Notes: a model not told the origin generated them from the sequence alone. Counted from the stretch's first letter, positions 48,601-58,027 are shown. The stretch is DNA of 64,000 nucleotides from Candidatus Poseidoniales archaeon (GCA_003602475.1 QQSC01000015.1:46313-110312), one strand, 5' to 3'. Numbers and translations: made by a program.

Positions 48601-49082
48601 AAGATCAGCGCTTGCGGTATCGGTTCAGCGGAGCCATGGTTGACGATGATGCCTTGAATCAAGCGTTGTCCGAGGACATCATGCTGGGATTGGTTGACCA
48701 AGTGCTCCAAGACTACACGACATGGACTCCGACCGAAGCGATGATGACGGACATGGCCGACGTCACCGAAGATTTGAACACCTTCCTTCAGCGCCATGAA
48801 GACGTCTTTGAGGACCTTACAGAAGTCAAAAACGCACGGGGTATCACCTATCGAACCACCCTTGATGAGCGAACGATTTACCCCGAAGAAACGGATTTGG
48901 ACATTTATCGCCTTGCCATGCACCTCTCTGAACAATGCCTGCCCTCCATCGGATGCATTCTCGTGGCCACCATGGACGGTGACTTTACGTTGCTCGACCG
49001 GGCTATCGAAGAACGGTTTGGCTTCAGCGTGACCAAAAACCACAGGACCCTCAAGACCTGGCTAAGGATTCAAACAAACTGA
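45636..49082 (+). CDS. Large (about 1148 aa) alpha-solenoid (TPR/HEAT-like) protein with a C-terminal PIN-domain nuclease.
   Basis: The C-terminus has LVIVDTNILVDA (PIN motif 1), QDVRGEL (an acidic centre) and ILVATMDGDFTLL (the C-terminal T-x-D-x-DF PIN motif). Start chosen at the ATG with GGAGG 9 nt upstream. The track start at 45552 would leave only 6 bp to the divergent gene. Confidence 0.6.
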   Translation: MAESYMATCLAVAFERPASPNVRTSRMSKDSAWQLLAKEKPLRAMVLVAVNEQEPPPAEDDEGASPRTPASRPRGRSRRGSRSSGPRHMDWLPTAEEVINDQPYNTAFQLATLLVHKQLDADAWDDAWNANETALREICLNKGVHPVWHTIADKTPLLAQFLAFPAVEPSEETPTVNLDTSLLRFDPQDLISLNRLITGAVEASSSPDTKVALQKAASQVTTKRKVTVDDSLTDLTGSLAFVPVYLNLHAGQEVSEALWKAVNDVDTELHDALKDYARLASGQVDDWAAVMALKNDNSLDVARTLLAWLHAPADAEHMPSATLTEGINLISEAGITLADDRLTWWRLKAFQKEGKKDDALEVLITLSLDANADVAELLPLIVELDDEKADSWLEGHIDVLEPAACVHMIRHENLRTPLRLLAAERLCDAGDDSWNEVAALALPLLARSLDLERLAIVFSNSADLALSEPHFALMTAHLAPASLHASLGEGLNACRQQAIQAIHGVELPGAFSPLSEHLLLLLEGINNDSPELAEVLNLPALRAFSPISAALVAGGVVKPTSLRNLEKELDELDIDAIEKRLFEVILLTLRMNGFIQDHQIGRARNETVAAINDMVNHPSIPYRLMDSFSFLVLEHDLGLSHLVDWYQQHAPLSSWAPLARAALFAANGDELNSAREYMRAAEAFSQSERQHNDESGEDDDSALALPLALYRKSLIHFANAQQWAEAVSLLERVPALKTAITERFKLYLKVSHTVGSDTDKAMRMIREHLQMRVPYEDEDVEGNIVVKHRTVYNEEELDLLKNYPYDKAHQLPPEPFLGRVTAASTRIGRDLRRSRKEHEQHFRQAMHGSSPSMTEVYEIAKSAAEESPFEGLMYLERAQNTTKFTLPDRRRLAGVESTLFAQHKDDIPTKKRRFLRNLPLHPLVIVDTNILVDALVDRVHQQLNLLAGTNPNVMSMNRFHRILLHHAKADHLHLMVPQDVRGELKQFAKDQRLRYRFSGAMVDDDALNQALSEDIMLGLVDQVLQDYTTWTPTEAMMTDMADVTEDLNTFLQRHEDVFEDLTEVKNARGITYRTTLDERTIYPEETDLDIYRLAMHLSEQCLPSIGCILVATMDGDFTLLDRAIEERFGFSVTKNHRTLKTWLRIQTN

Positions 49083-49438
49083 GGAAAATCGCCCTTGCTC
49101 TTTGGAAGAGGACTGCGATGAAGCTCCACTTCGTCAAGGAACATCTTGCCAAGCAGCATGGGGCATTTCAGGTGACGGCGGTCAGCGACGGTCATTTCGA
49201 CATCGTGTGTGATTCGACCCACTCGCACCTTGGCGACGACCAACGGGCGGGTCTGTCGTCCCATGGCGTTACGAACACTGACTGAACCGATCGTCTCCAG
49301 TCCCAAGGCTTCAGCCAGACCGGCGTCGATGGAGCAACGCTTGGCACCGGTGTCAATTTTGGCCTTGATGCGTACCCACCAACGGCGTTCTTGAGCGCCC
49401 CTGACGCTCACCCAGCGGGCCTCATAGGACGCTGCCAT
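49070..49438 (-). CDS. Retropepsin-like aspartic protease domain protein (Zn_protease/DUF785-type).
   Basis: It has AKIDTGAKRCSIDAGLAEALGL, with a D-T-G-A catalytic motif and the flanking pattern typical of the RimK-associated retropepsin-like family. Confidence 0.5.
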   Translation of the reverse strand: MAASYEARWVSVRGAQERRWWVRIKAKIDTGAKRCSIDAGLAEALGLETIGSVSVRNAMGRQTRPLVVAKVRVGRITHDVEMTVADRRHLKCPMLLGKMFLDEVELHRSPLPKSKGDFPQFV

Positions 49439-49461
49439 ATGCTCAACTCATGGGCGGGCGT

Positions 49462-50688
49462 TCACATGTGGTGAATCATCGCTTCGCCAAAGGCGCTGCA
49501 GGACAGCAACGTCGCATCGTCCATCAAGCGTTCGAAGTCGTAGGTGACCGTCTTGTTCGAAATGGCACCTTCCATGCCTTTGACAATGAGGTCGGCTGCC
49601 TCGGTCCATCCCATGTGCCTCAACATCATTTCAGCGGATAGAATGAGGGAGCCGGGGTTGACTTTGTTTTGCCCAGCGTACTTTGGTGCTGTGCCGTGGG
49701 TGGCCTCAAAGATGGAGATGCCCGTGTCGTAGTTGATGTTGGCACCTGGTGCAATGCCAATGCCGCCAACCTGTGCAGCGAGAGCATCGGAAATGTAGTC
49801 GCCGTTCAGGTTCATGGTCGCCAACACACTGTATTCGGCGGGACGAGTGATGATTTGCTGCAACATGGCGTCGGCAATGACGTCCTTGATGACGATGTTG
49901 TTGCCGGTCTTGGGGTTTGTCAAGGTGCACCACGGTCCACCATCAAGCAGTTCAGCCCCAAACTCTTCTTGGGCCAGTGCATAGCCCCAGTCGCGGAACC
50001 CACCTTCGGTGAACTTCATGATGTTGCCTTTGTGCACCAATGTCACGCTGGGTTTGTCCGTGTCGATGGCGTATTGGATGGCGGCGCGAACGATTCGGGC
50101 CGTTCCTTCTTGAGAAATGGGTTTGATGCCAATTCCTGAGGTGTTTGGGAACCTGATTTTGTCGACGCCCATCTCGTTCTGCAAGAAGTCAATGACGCGC
50201 TTCACGCCTTCTGACCCTGCTTCCCACTCGATTCCAGCGTAGACATCTTCGCTGTTTTCACGGAAGATGATCATGTCAACGTCTCCTGGTGCCTTGACGG
50301 GAGATGGTGTTCCATCGTACCACCGTACGGGGCGAACGCAGGCGTAAAGGTCCAATTTTTGCCGAAGTGCAACGTTGAGGGAGCGAATGCCGCCGCCGAC
50401 CGGGGTGGTTAACGGCCCTTTGATGGAAACCAGTCCGGATTTCATGGCGTCAAGCGTTGCCTGAGGCAACCATTCGCCGGTTGCATTGAACGCTTTCTCG
50501 CCAGCCAGCACTTCGCTCCAAACAATTCCCTTCTCTCCGTTGTAGGCTTTGGAGACCGCAGCATCCACAACTCCGGTCATCACCGGTGTGATGTCAACGC
50601 CGATACCGTCGCCTTCGATGTAGTGAATCACGGGGTCGTTTGGGACGACCAAATGGCCGTCGTTCATGGTGATCGGTGTTCCTGACAT
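49462..50688 (-). CDS. icd: NADP-dependent isocitrate dehydrogenase.
   Basis: Its full length of about 408 aa is typical of prokaryotic IDH. It has [24 protein letters not shown] and [26 protein letters not shown]. Confidence 0.9.
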   Translation of the reverse strand: MSGTPITMNDGHLVVPNDPVIHYIEGDGIGVDITPVMTGVVDAAVSKAYNGEKGIVWSEVLAGEKAFNATGEWLPQATLDAMKSGLVSIKGPLTTPVGGGIRSLNVALRQKLDLYACVRPVRWYDGTPSPVKAPGDVDMIIFRENSEDVYAGIEWEAGSEGVKRVIDFLQNEMGVDKIRFPNTSGIGIKPISQEGTARIVRAAIQYAIDTDKPSVTLVHKGNIMKFTEGGFRDWGYALAQEEFGAELLDGGPWCTLTNPKTGNNIVIKDVIADAMLQQIITRPAEYSVLATMNLNGDYISDALAAQVGGIGIAPGANINYDTGISIFEATHGTAPKYAGQNKVNPGSLILSAEMMLRHMGWTEAADLIVKGMEGAISNKTVTYDFERLMDDATLLSCSAFGEAMIHHM

Positions 50689-50746
50689 GGTGCTCAGCGT
50701 GAGCGACCGACCGCTCCTTCAAGAATGAACCGCTCTTGGCTTATCC

Positions 50747-51142
50747 ATGCAAGGAAAGGTGGAGTGGACAAGCGGAACGAACTTGGTGGGCACGAACGCC
50801 GCCGGGCAAACCATTGACATGGACTGGGAAAACGGGCCATCGCCCATGCAACTCACCCTGCAGGCCATCGGCGCCTGTTCGCTGGTCGATGTGGTGGTGG
50901 GCATGAAGGACCGCTCACTCGAAGCCGCTTGGGTGGAACTGGATTCTACGAGGGCAGCGTCAACGCCTCGCCGGTTCACGTCCCTAACCATGACGTATCA
51001 TGTGCGAGGGGACGTTCCAAAGAAACTTGTGGAGCGGGTTGTCGCCAAAAGCCACGAGAAATACTGCTCGGTGTCCCATTCGTTGGCGAAGGACATCACC
51101 GTCGATTGGACGGTGGTGCTTCACCCCTCAAGCGAACGTTGA
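50747..51142 (+). CDS. OsmC/Ohr-family peroxiredoxin-like protein.
   Basis: It has PMQLTLQAIGACSLVDV and KYCSVSHSL, the two conserved Cys regions of OsmC. Confidence 0.6.
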   Translation: MQGKVEWTSGTNLVGTNAAGQTIDMDWENGPSPMQLTLQAIGACSLVDVVVGMKDRSLEAAWVELDSTRAASTPRRFTSLTMTYHVRGDVPKKLVERVVAKSHEKYCSVSHSLAKDITVDWTVVLHPSSER

Positions 51143-51607
51143 ACCTTGGATTTGTCCCATGGCTTCGGTCAACGCCCGTTGAAGCGCGTTGTACACCGGC
51201 TTCCATTTTTGGTGAAGTCCTTTTGGTGCCTTGAGAGGAACCGGGCCGTTGGATGTCGATAAGACGGTGGCAAACGGTCGAATTTGGGTGCCACCCATTT
51301 CCATGATGAGCGACAAGTGGTAAGCGTCGTTGTCCTTGTGGACCTTGATTGATTCCATGTGAAGATGAGCGTTGTCGACACCGATTTTCTCTTCTTCGAA
51401 AAGTTCACGAGCAAGGGTTGTCAACAGCTGTTCTGTATCCACCTCGGACTGGATTTCTTCGGGCTCTTCATCGTCATCATCGTCCATGAAGGCAGCCAGG
51501 ATGTCGTCGTGGTCAATGGATTGGTTGACAGCGTGCGTTGGGGGTGCAACACCAAGCAGTTCGTACATGTCGACTTCGCTTTCGTCAAAGATCGGTTCTT
51601 CCATCAT
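51128..51607 (-). CDS. Acidic hypothetical protein.
   Basis: It is a clean ORF with an Asp/Glu-rich N-terminus (DDDDDEEPEE). Confidence 0.35.
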   Translation of the reverse strand: MMEEPIFDESEVDMYELLGVAPPTHAVNQSIDHDDILAAFMDDDDDEEPEEIQSEVDTEQLLTTLARELFEEEKIGVDNAHLHMESIKVHKDNDAYHLSLIMEMGGTQIRPFATVLSTSNGPVPLKAPKGLHQKWKPVYNALQRALTEAMGQIQGSTFA

Positions 51608-51718
51608 ATCTTCCCATTGACGACCGTTTGCACATAAAGCATCGTTTCTCCCGGAAGGTCTTGCATCATCTCAAGATGCAATGCGAAGCCTCAAACCTCA
51701 GCCCCACGAGGGCGTCTT

Positions 51719-52333
51719 GTGAAGGTCGTCCTTCGATGTGTTGTCCTTTTGGGGCTCGCCTTGTGTTTGGTCGCAGCCCCCACGATGCCGGCGTCGCCAC
51801 ACGGTGTGGGTGACGAGGGGAATCAAGGATGCCAATGTCACGCTGAAGACCCGTCATTGAACGTCCAACTCACCGGGTTGCCAGAGGCTTACTCGATGAA
51901 CACCACCTACAACCTCACCCTGTTGATGGAAGGCGACGTCCCGATACAAGAGAACCGTTCACAAGGCGGGTTTCGAATGGTGGTGACCAACGGTACACTC
52001 CACTTCAACGATACAGAAGCACAAGAAATGGATCGTGGATGGACTCACAGAGAGGCTGGAACCCAACAGCGGTCCTGGTCGTTTCAATGGACGTCCCCAT
52101 CGGAAAGCGACAGCCGAACCGAGTTTAGAATATGGGCCAATGCAGTGAACGGAAACCAAGCGCAAACGGGTGACGGGTGGTCGTCGTTGCAGGTGGTTGT
52201 GCCGGGTGAAGATTTCAGTGGGGAACTCGAAGCGAGCGAAGGAATCGACGGCTTGAGCAGCAGCGAACGTTTGCTTTTGGGAGCAGTGCTCGTCGTCATG
52301 GCGGGCTTGCTGTGGGCGGGTGCCCGCCCCTGA
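51719..52333 (+). CDS. Secreted protein with a C-terminal hydrophobic anchor. It may be a metal/heme-binding domain (CxCH).
   Basis: It has a signal peptide (MKVVLRCVVLLGLALCLVAA). It has a GCQCHA motif. The C-terminus is LLLGAVLVVMAGLLWAGARP. Confidence 0.5.
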   Translation: MKVVLRCVVLLGLALCLVAAPTMPASPHGVGDEGNQGCQCHAEDPSLNVQLTGLPEAYSMNTTYNLTLLMEGDVPIQENRSQGGFRMVVTNGTLHFNDTEAQEMDRGWTHREAGTQQRSWSFQWTSPSESDSRTEFRIWANAVNGNQAQTGDGWSSLQVVVPGEDFSGELEASEGIDGLSSSERLLLGAVLVVMAGLLWAGARP

Positions 52334-53464
52334 TCAATTTACAAACTCGATGTGACGATGGCGCAAAGCACGAATCTGACGATTCTCGTTGGCACCGTGA
52401 ATCTGGTCACTTTTGACACCGGTGAGCACCAGCATGACCCTCAATTCATCACCGTATTTCTCTTCGTTGGGCGCTGCGCCCCAAATCAGGCGCACATGAG
52501 GGGAGACGCGTTCCTTGACAATTTGAGCGCAGCGTTCAGCTTCTCCAAGGGTGAGGCTGTCCCCTCCCATGACATTGATGAGCGCATCACGAGCATCGCT
52601 GATGTCCAAGTCAAGCAGCGGTGAATGGAGTGCTTCCATCGTTGCAGCCTCGGCACGCCCGGGTCCTTTTGCAGCACCAAGGCCAATCATGGCCACGCCC
52701 GAACCGGAGTGAACCACGGCCTTGAGGTCCTCAAAGTCAAGGTTGACCAAACCGTCGGTGGTCAACATTTCAGACAGACCGGTGATCGAACGTACGAGCA
52801 GTTCATCGCCGACCCGAAAGGCACTGGCGATTGGTAAATCCTTGACGCCTTCAATTTCCAGAAGGCGTTCGTTGGGAATGACAATGATGGTGTCACAGTG
52901 CTCGCGCAGGCGCTCCAAACCCCATTCAGCGTTTTGTTTGCGTAGCGAACCTTCGGATTTGAACGGGTAGGTTACCACGGCGATGGTGACGGCGCCTTGC
53001 GCCTTAGCCAATCGAGCCACGTGGCCAGCCGCACCCGTTCCCGACCCTCCGCCCATTCCAGCCGTGATGATGGCCAACTGGGTGTCGTTGGTGATTCTGT
53101 GAAGCACGGTTTCCGATTCGAGGGCTGCTGCTTCCCCTTTGGTGGGGTCGCCACCCGCGCCGCGGCCGCGAGCGGTTCGACCGATCAACACCTTGTCGTC
53201 GAGTGGTGATTGAAGAAGGGCCTGAGCGTCGGTGTTGATGGCGTAACCGGTAACGAACGAGGATTCGAACATCCCCTCGTCAAACAAGCGCCCAACAGCG
53301 TTGCATCCTGCTCCACCAACACCATAGACACGAATCCGGGGCTGGAGGGATTCCAAAAGAGCCTTCAATTCAACTTCAGCATCTTCTCCCTGAAGGGTCG
53401 GATCCGGCTTCAAACGCAATTCGTCTTCAGAACGCTCCAGAACGCGGTCAATCAAATGGCGCAT
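52334..53464 (-). CDS. ftsZ: Cell division GTPase FtsZ.
   Basis: It has IRVYGVGGAGCNAV and the tubulin signature GGGSGTGAAG, plus TIAVVTYPFKSEG. Start taken at Met88 (MRHLIDRV…). The track's 463-aa extension is an Arg-rich read-through. Confidence 0.9.
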   Translation of the reverse strand: MRHLIDRVLERSEDELRLKPDPTLQGEDAEVELKALLESLQPRIRVYGVGGAGCNAVGRLFDEGMFESSFVTGYAINTDAQALLQSPLDDKVLIGRTARGRGAGGDPTKGEAAALESETVLHRITNDTQLAIITAGMGGGSGTGAAGHVARLAKAQGAVTIAVVTYPFKSEGSLRKQNAEWGLERLREHCDTIIVIPNERLLEIEGVKDLPIASAFRVGDELLVRSITGLSEMLTTDGLVNLDFEDLKAVVHSGSGVAMIGLGAAKGPGRAEAATMEALHSPLLDLDISDARDALINVMGGDSLTLGEAERCAQIVKERVSPHVRLIWGAAPNEEKYGDELRVMLVLTGVKSDQIHGANENRQIRALRHRHIEFVN

Positions 53465-53550
53465 GGGGTTAAGTTCGTTCAACGGAATTTGAATGTGTTG
53501 CCGTGCGAGGGGCGTCGCGTGGATGTTTCTGCAGCGGATTTGGGTTGCCG

Positions 53551-54585
53551 TCAATCGCGCAATCCTTCTTCCGTGACCTGGTACACACATTCCCCGTCCG
53601 GTAGGTTCGGGGAGTCGACCAATCTTGCGATTCTTCGGCCACCTTTGGCCTTTCGGAGGTAGAGTCTGAAGGTGCTGGCGTGGGCCAAAATGTGACCTCC
53701 GATGGGCTTTGTTGGGTCGCCCCACATGGCATCGGGTTTCGAGTGAACTTGATTGGTCACCAAAACCAGAGCGTTGTTCACATCAGCCAGCTTCTTGAGG
53801 TCCTTCAGGTGGCTGTTCAACTTTTGTTGTCGGCGGGCAAGCATGCCACGGCCAATGAATTCCGCTCTGAAATGCGATGTAAGCGAATCAACGATGATCA
53901 TCTTGACGTTCAGTCCCTTGCTCATTCGCTTGATCTCGTCAGCCAACAACATTTGGTGGGCTGAGTTGTATGCGCGAGCAACATGGATTCTGGAAAGCAC
54001 GTAGTCCGGGTCGAGGCCGTGACCTCGTGCCATTTGCGTGATGCGCTCGGGACGGAAGGTGTCCTCAGTATCGATGTAAAAGACATCCCCGTCGAAACCG
54101 CCTTGTTCGGCAGGCAGGGTGCAATTTACCGCCAATTGGTGGCCGATTTGCGTTTTTCCGCTGCCGAATTCACCGTAGACTTCGACCAGTGCCTGCGTTT
54201 CAAAACCACCACCCAAGAGGTCATCAATGGACTGGACTTTGGAAGAGAGTTTTTGCACTTCACGACGTCGTTCAAGGAGGGCGTCACCGGAGACGAAACC
54301 ACCGATGTTGGCCATTTTCTTTGCAGCAGCGATGATTTTGGCGGAAACGGCCTCACCAAGTTCGGCTTCTTCTGCAAGGTCAGCAGGGGACATGACGGCC
54401 AGTGCGAGCAGTTCGTCGAAACCGGCTTCTCTCAATTTTTCAGCGGTTGCTGGACCCACGCCGGGCAGGTCTTCGATGGTGACGGTCGGTTCCTCTTCTT
54501 CCTCCATGAGTGGTACCTTTTCCTCGCTTGGTGCTTCATTCTTTTCAACGGTGATCTTGGCTTTTTTCTTCGATTTTGTCGGCAT
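53551..54585 (-). CDS. radA: DNA repair and recombination protein RadA (archaeal Rad51/RecA homologue).
   Basis: The N-terminal HhH is [17 protein letters not shown]. Walker A is GEFGSGKTQ. It has the RadA core ([14 protein letters not shown]… LVLVTNQV). Start taken at MPTKSKKK. Confidence 0.9.
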   Translation of the reverse strand: MPTKSKKKAKITVEKNEAPSEEKVPLMEEEEEPTVTIEDLPGVGPATAEKLREAGFDELLALAVMSPADLAEEAELGEAVSAKIIAAAKKMANIGGFVSGDALLERRREVQKLSSKVQSIDDLLGGGFETQALVEVYGEFGSGKTQIGHQLAVNCTLPAEQGGFDGDVFYIDTEDTFRPERITQMARGHGLDPDYVLSRIHVARAYNSAHQMLLADEIKRMSKGLNVKMIIVDSLTSHFRAEFIGRGMLARRQQKLNSHLKDLKKLADVNNALVLVTNQVHSKPDAMWGDPTKPIGGHILAHASTFRLYLRKAKGGRRIARLVDSPNLPDGECVYQVTEEGLRD

Positions 54586-54756
54586 TGGGCATTCCTTCTT
54601 GGACGTCCTTGTCGGGCTTGAGTATATGAAGAACCGAACCACGGTTGAGGCAATGGTCGGTTGTTTTGGCTGGTCAATCAACCGTTGAACAGGAGAGCAG
54701 TGCTACGAAAATTTCACTTTGTGTTTCACATTTACCCAATTGAAAGTGGTGACACA

Positions 54757-55575
54757 TCAAGCATCGGTGGGCGTTTCAAGTGGGTTTGGTTCAGATTCAA
54801 GAGCGCTGTACAGCACACGAACTTCATGACTGATGTCAAGGTTTTCCTCCTCGCTTTGACCCTGCTCAACTTCGATCCGCCATTCTCCCGAGTTGATGTT
54901 GCTTTCACCGTGACTCCAGTCGGCACTCTGACCTTCTCCAACCTGCTCACTGTGGCTCGCACGGGTGGCGTCGGCGGCGTCGTAAAGGGTCCACGTCACC
55001 GTTACTGGGGTGCCAGGGGGAACGATGTCGTTTCGATTTGTGATGGTTGAATTCAGGGCGATGGTGTTGGGGACGGGACAATCGCAATCCGGCGAGGTGT
55101 CCAACACCATGGTGCTGGGTTCGTTGGTGTTCGTCTGAGTCCATTCGATTTGCTTGTCAATTCGAACCGTGACCAACGCCGTTCCTGAATTGTTCTGTTC
55201 GTCTGTTGCGGTGAGGGTGACGGTGAACAAGCCATGTGTCAGGTATTCGTAACTGATCTCGGCCTGGTCGTTGGCGTTGACCGTGATGGCGTTTGACCCT
55301 TCATCGTCGTCTCCTGGGTCCATGGTGAACGACTTCATGTTCCCGGCCTTGGACGTGACTCGAGCAAAGTCAAAGGAGAGAGATACGCCGTCAAGGGTGA
55401 GGGTTTGGCCGTTCTGCACGCGCTCTAGGATGGTTCCCGATGTGTCGTCGTAATGGACGTTCATCCGTACCAAGTCCGCACCAGCGTCGTCTTCATCGGT
55501 GCCGAGGCAACCGCTCAACGCCGTGAGCATGAGCATGGACAAGACAGCAACGACCCCCGTTGTGTTTGTCCCCAT
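54757..55575 (-). CDS. Secreted lipoprotein-like protein with a PKD/Ig-like domain.
   Basis: The signal peptide ends in the lipobox-like LSGC. It has FTVTLTATDEQNNSGTALVTVRI, a PKD-type strand pattern. Confidence 0.55.
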   Translation of the reverse strand: MGTNTTGVVAVLSMLMLTALSGCLGTDEDDAGADLVRMNVHYDDTSGTILERVQNGQTLTLDGVSLSFDFARVTSKAGNMKSFTMDPGDDDEGSNAITVNANDQAEISYEYLTHGLFTVTLTATDEQNNSGTALVTVRIDKQIEWTQTNTNEPSTMVLDTSPDCDCPVPNTIALNSTITNRNDIVPPGTPVTVTWTLYDAADATRASHSEQVGEGQSADWSHGESNINSGEWRIEVEQGQSEEENLDISHEVRVLYSALESEPNPLETPTDA

Positions 55576-55685
55576 GCCTTGAGGTGTGGACCTCTTCCTT
55601 CTTCATCAATTCGCTTCTTTATCGGATTTTAGCCTGTGAGGGCTCGGGCGGTGGGTTGAAAACCAAGAACAGAAGCGGAAAGGTT

Positions 55686-55763
55686 AGCGAGGTGGGGTAG
55701 TCTGGATATCCCGTCGGGCTCATAACCCGGAGATCGATGGTTCAAATCCATCCCTCGCTACCA
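55686..55763 (+). tRNA. tRNA-Met (anticodon CAU), a probable archaeal initiator. The 3' CCA is encoded.
   Basis: The cloverleaf was read by hand. The acceptor is AGCGAGG/CCTCGCT with an A1:U72 pair. The anticodon stem has GGG/CCC next to the loop CUCAUAA. The T-arm is GATGG-TTCAAAT-CCATC. The discriminator A is followed by CCA. Confidence 0.8.
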
Positions 55764-56513
55764 TCAACCGTACTGGTAGTAGTCGTGCTTGGGCTGCAGG
55801 CTGTCCAACGCCGATTGCAGTTGAGCATTGGCGGCTTGCTCACCGCTGATGATGGCCTCCCGCTGGGCGGACAGTCCATTGGATTTGGTTTGGCATGCTT
55901 CTGCAAACTCCGGAAAACCGTTCGCCCCAGAATTCAATGCTTCAATCACTTCTGGGAGTGCGACGGCTGGTGAATTGTTCGGTTCAAGGACGAACACCCC
56001 CCCGGTTCGAATGACCGGACCGGCGGCTTCAACGGCGCTCAACAACCGCTTGACGTGTTGAGTGGAGGGGACGGTTGAAGCCGCAAGACACGCGGCTTGG
56101 AGGTGGCCGGTTGCCAAGTCTTCGCACCGAGCAAAGGATTTCTTGGCCGCCCCGTCCTTTCCCGCTGCAGCGAAAATCCGCCCTGCACGCAGATGGTCTT
56201 CGTGTTCGGGGCGCATCGATCCGAGAAGTTGTGGTGCGTGTTTTTTCAGCAGCTTGACCAGTTTTTTTCGTTCCTTGTGCATTCGTTTTGCAGCCGGCAA
56301 CCCTTGCTGTGGTTTTTGCCTGAGAATGCAGACGTCACACAGCAACCTGAGTCCCTTGAGGAGATGGATTTGCTGTTGTGCGTCACGTTTCTTGACGGCC
56401 ATCATGTGGTCACAGAATTGCGTGGCCATGACCTCGGACAACTCAAGGCGGCCACCTTCGATGTAGCGCTCAATTTGGACCAATGTTTGCGAGGGGTCCT
56501 GCATCCCGAACAT
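55764..56513 (-). CDS. Hypothetical helical protein. Its stop abuts the tRNA-iMet 3' end.
   Basis: It is the C-terminal 250 codons of the 358-aa track ORF. It was trimmed so that it does not overlap the divergent Fap7-like start. There is no family motif. Confidence 0.35.
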   Translation of the reverse strand: MFGMQDPSQTLVQIERYIEGGRLELSEVMATQFCDHMMAVKKRDAQQQIHLLKGLRLLCDVCILRQKPQQGLPAAKRMHKERKKLVKLLKKHAPQLLGSMRPEHEDHLRAGRIFAAAGKDGAAKKSFARCEDLATGHLQAACLAASTVPSTQHVKRLLSAVEAAGPVIRTGGVFVLEPNNSPAVALPEVIEALNSGANGFPEFAEACQTKSNGLSAQREAIISGEQAANAQLQSALDSLQPKHDYYQYG

Positions 56514-56603
56514 GGTACCGTTTTGATGCGGGTTGTCGGGGCATATGGAGCCTTTGCTTTCATGCCCTTGCGGCTTATAGGCTCGCATGATGTGTCGTCG
56601 ACC

Positions 56604-57140
56604 ATGAGCGGTAACCATGCCATAGCGTTGACCGGGACACCCGGGGTTGGCAAATCGAGTTTGGCCGAAGCCCTCGGTGCAGCAGGATGGGGCATCGTTG
56701 ACGTTGAGGATGCTGCACGAGACCACGGCTGCCTGGGCGAAACAGAGGCCGACGGCGCAGCGCCAGTGGACGTGCACGCGCTTTCTGAGCGTTGGTCGCC
56801 CCCCGACGAAAACATCGTCGTGGACGGGCACCTTTCCCACTTCCTTGACGTTACTGCGGTGGTGTTGCTGAGGTGTTCACCCGACCTCATCCGTGACCGC
56901 TTGGCTCCTCGGGGCTACAACGATGCCAAAATCCAAGCCAACGTGGAATGGGAGCTGACGGCAGGACACTGGTCAGAACTGCTCGAATTTGAAATCGACG
57001 TACCCGTCCTCGAACTTGATGCCGGCAAACGTTCGACCGCTTCCCTGGCAGCGGAGGTCCTCGCGTGGCTGGCTGACGGATGTCCAGCGCCTCCGTTGCT
57101 CGAAGCGGCTGCGGCCGCAACGGATTGGCTGAACGAATGA
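56604..57140 (+). CDS. Fap7/AK6-type putative adenylate kinase (archaeal small NTP kinase).
   Basis: The P-loop is AIALTGTPGVGKSSLA. Its size of about 178 aa and a LID-like RGY…K segment fit. Start at Met170 of the track ORF (atgagcggtaac…). The upstream 169 codons overlap the divergent gene. Confidence 0.65.
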   Translation: MSGNHAIALTGTPGVGKSSLAEALGAAGWGIVDVEDAARDHGCLGETEADGAAPVDVHALSERWSPPDENIVVDGHLSHFLDVTAVVLLRCSPDLIRDRLAPRGYNDAKIQANVEWELTAGHWSELLEFEIDVPVLELDAGKRSTASLAAEVLAWLADGCPAPPLLEAAAAATDWLNE

Positions 57141-57197
57141 CGCCCACTCTCTCTTCTGCGCCACAAAGCATAACCTCCGAAGGTCGGTGGTCGGTTT

Positions 57198-57950
57198 ATG
57201 GCCCTTGAAAAGATGAGGAAACGCTGGGAAGCGGCCCTTCAACCCGTGATTCGGGCCAGTTACAACCTCTCTCCCATCACGGTGACGTGGTGGGCGGTTC
57301 CTCTTGGCGTGGGCGGTGGCCTCGCCGCTATGTACGCCCCAGACTCCACATCGGGTGGCTGGTGGTTGCTGGGGTCAGCGCTCCTGATTTCATTGGCGAT
57401 GCTGGTTGACGGCCTTGACGGCTCGTTGGCAAGAGCAAAAGGGGAAGTGTCCCGTTGGGGAGACTACCTTGACCACACGATTGACCGGGTTCTGGACGCC
57501 ACGTGGGTGGTGTGCATCAGCGCTTCCGTGTTTGTCGACGATCTTGCCTTCGGATTTGCAGCTGCATTCTTGACCCTCCTCGGCTCCTACATGGGCACGC
57601 AAGCCCAAGCGGTGGCTGGGTCCCGAAATTATCGAGGGTTCTCCAGAGCGGACCGAACCGTGCTCACCCTTCTTTCACTGGTGGTGATGGGCTTGATGCT
57701 GCTGCTTGGTCTGCACGTTGATGCGATGTTGGTAGGTCCGTTGGACCACGTCCCTGTGAACCCTCTGAGTTTGATTGTTCTGATCTCTGCGCTGGGAGGC
57801 ATGTGGACGTTCGCCGTGCGATTTATGCAAGCACAGGCAGAAATACGAGCCCTCGATGCGGCAGACCCGTTGCCTCAGCCCAACAGAGCCAACGCCGAGG
57901 CCGACGGTTTTGTTGAGGCCGCCCTCCCCAAACATCGTTCTGGTGAATGA
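57198..57950 (+). CDS. CDP-alcohol phosphatidyltransferase (archaetidylserine/inositol-phosphate synthase-like).
   Basis: The signature DGLDGSLARAKGEVSRWGDYLDHTIDRVLD is D-G-x2-A-R-x8-G-x3-D-x3-D. Multiple TM helices are present. Confidence 0.85.
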   Translation: MALEKMRKRWEAALQPVIRASYNLSPITVTWWAVPLGVGGGLAAMYAPDSTSGGWWLLGSALLISLAMLVDGLDGSLARAKGEVSRWGDYLDHTIDRVLDATWVVCISASVFVDDLAFGFAAAFLTLLGSYMGTQAQAVAGSRNYRGFSRADRTVLTLLSLVVMGLMLLLGLHVDAMLVGPLDHVPVNPLSLIVLISALGGMWTFAVRFMQAQAEIRALDAADPLPQPNRANAEADGFVEAALPKHRSGE

Positions 57951-58027
57951 GCCCTTTCGCCTCTTAGACGACTGGTTTTGGCCTGACAAAAGCGACATAG
58001 TCATAACGGACGCAGGCGACCTCGTGA

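Noticed and set aside
48219-49043. 274-aa minus-strand ORF.
   Set aside because: It is antisense to the PIN domain of the 1148-aa protein, where the plus frame carries recognisable PIN motifs.
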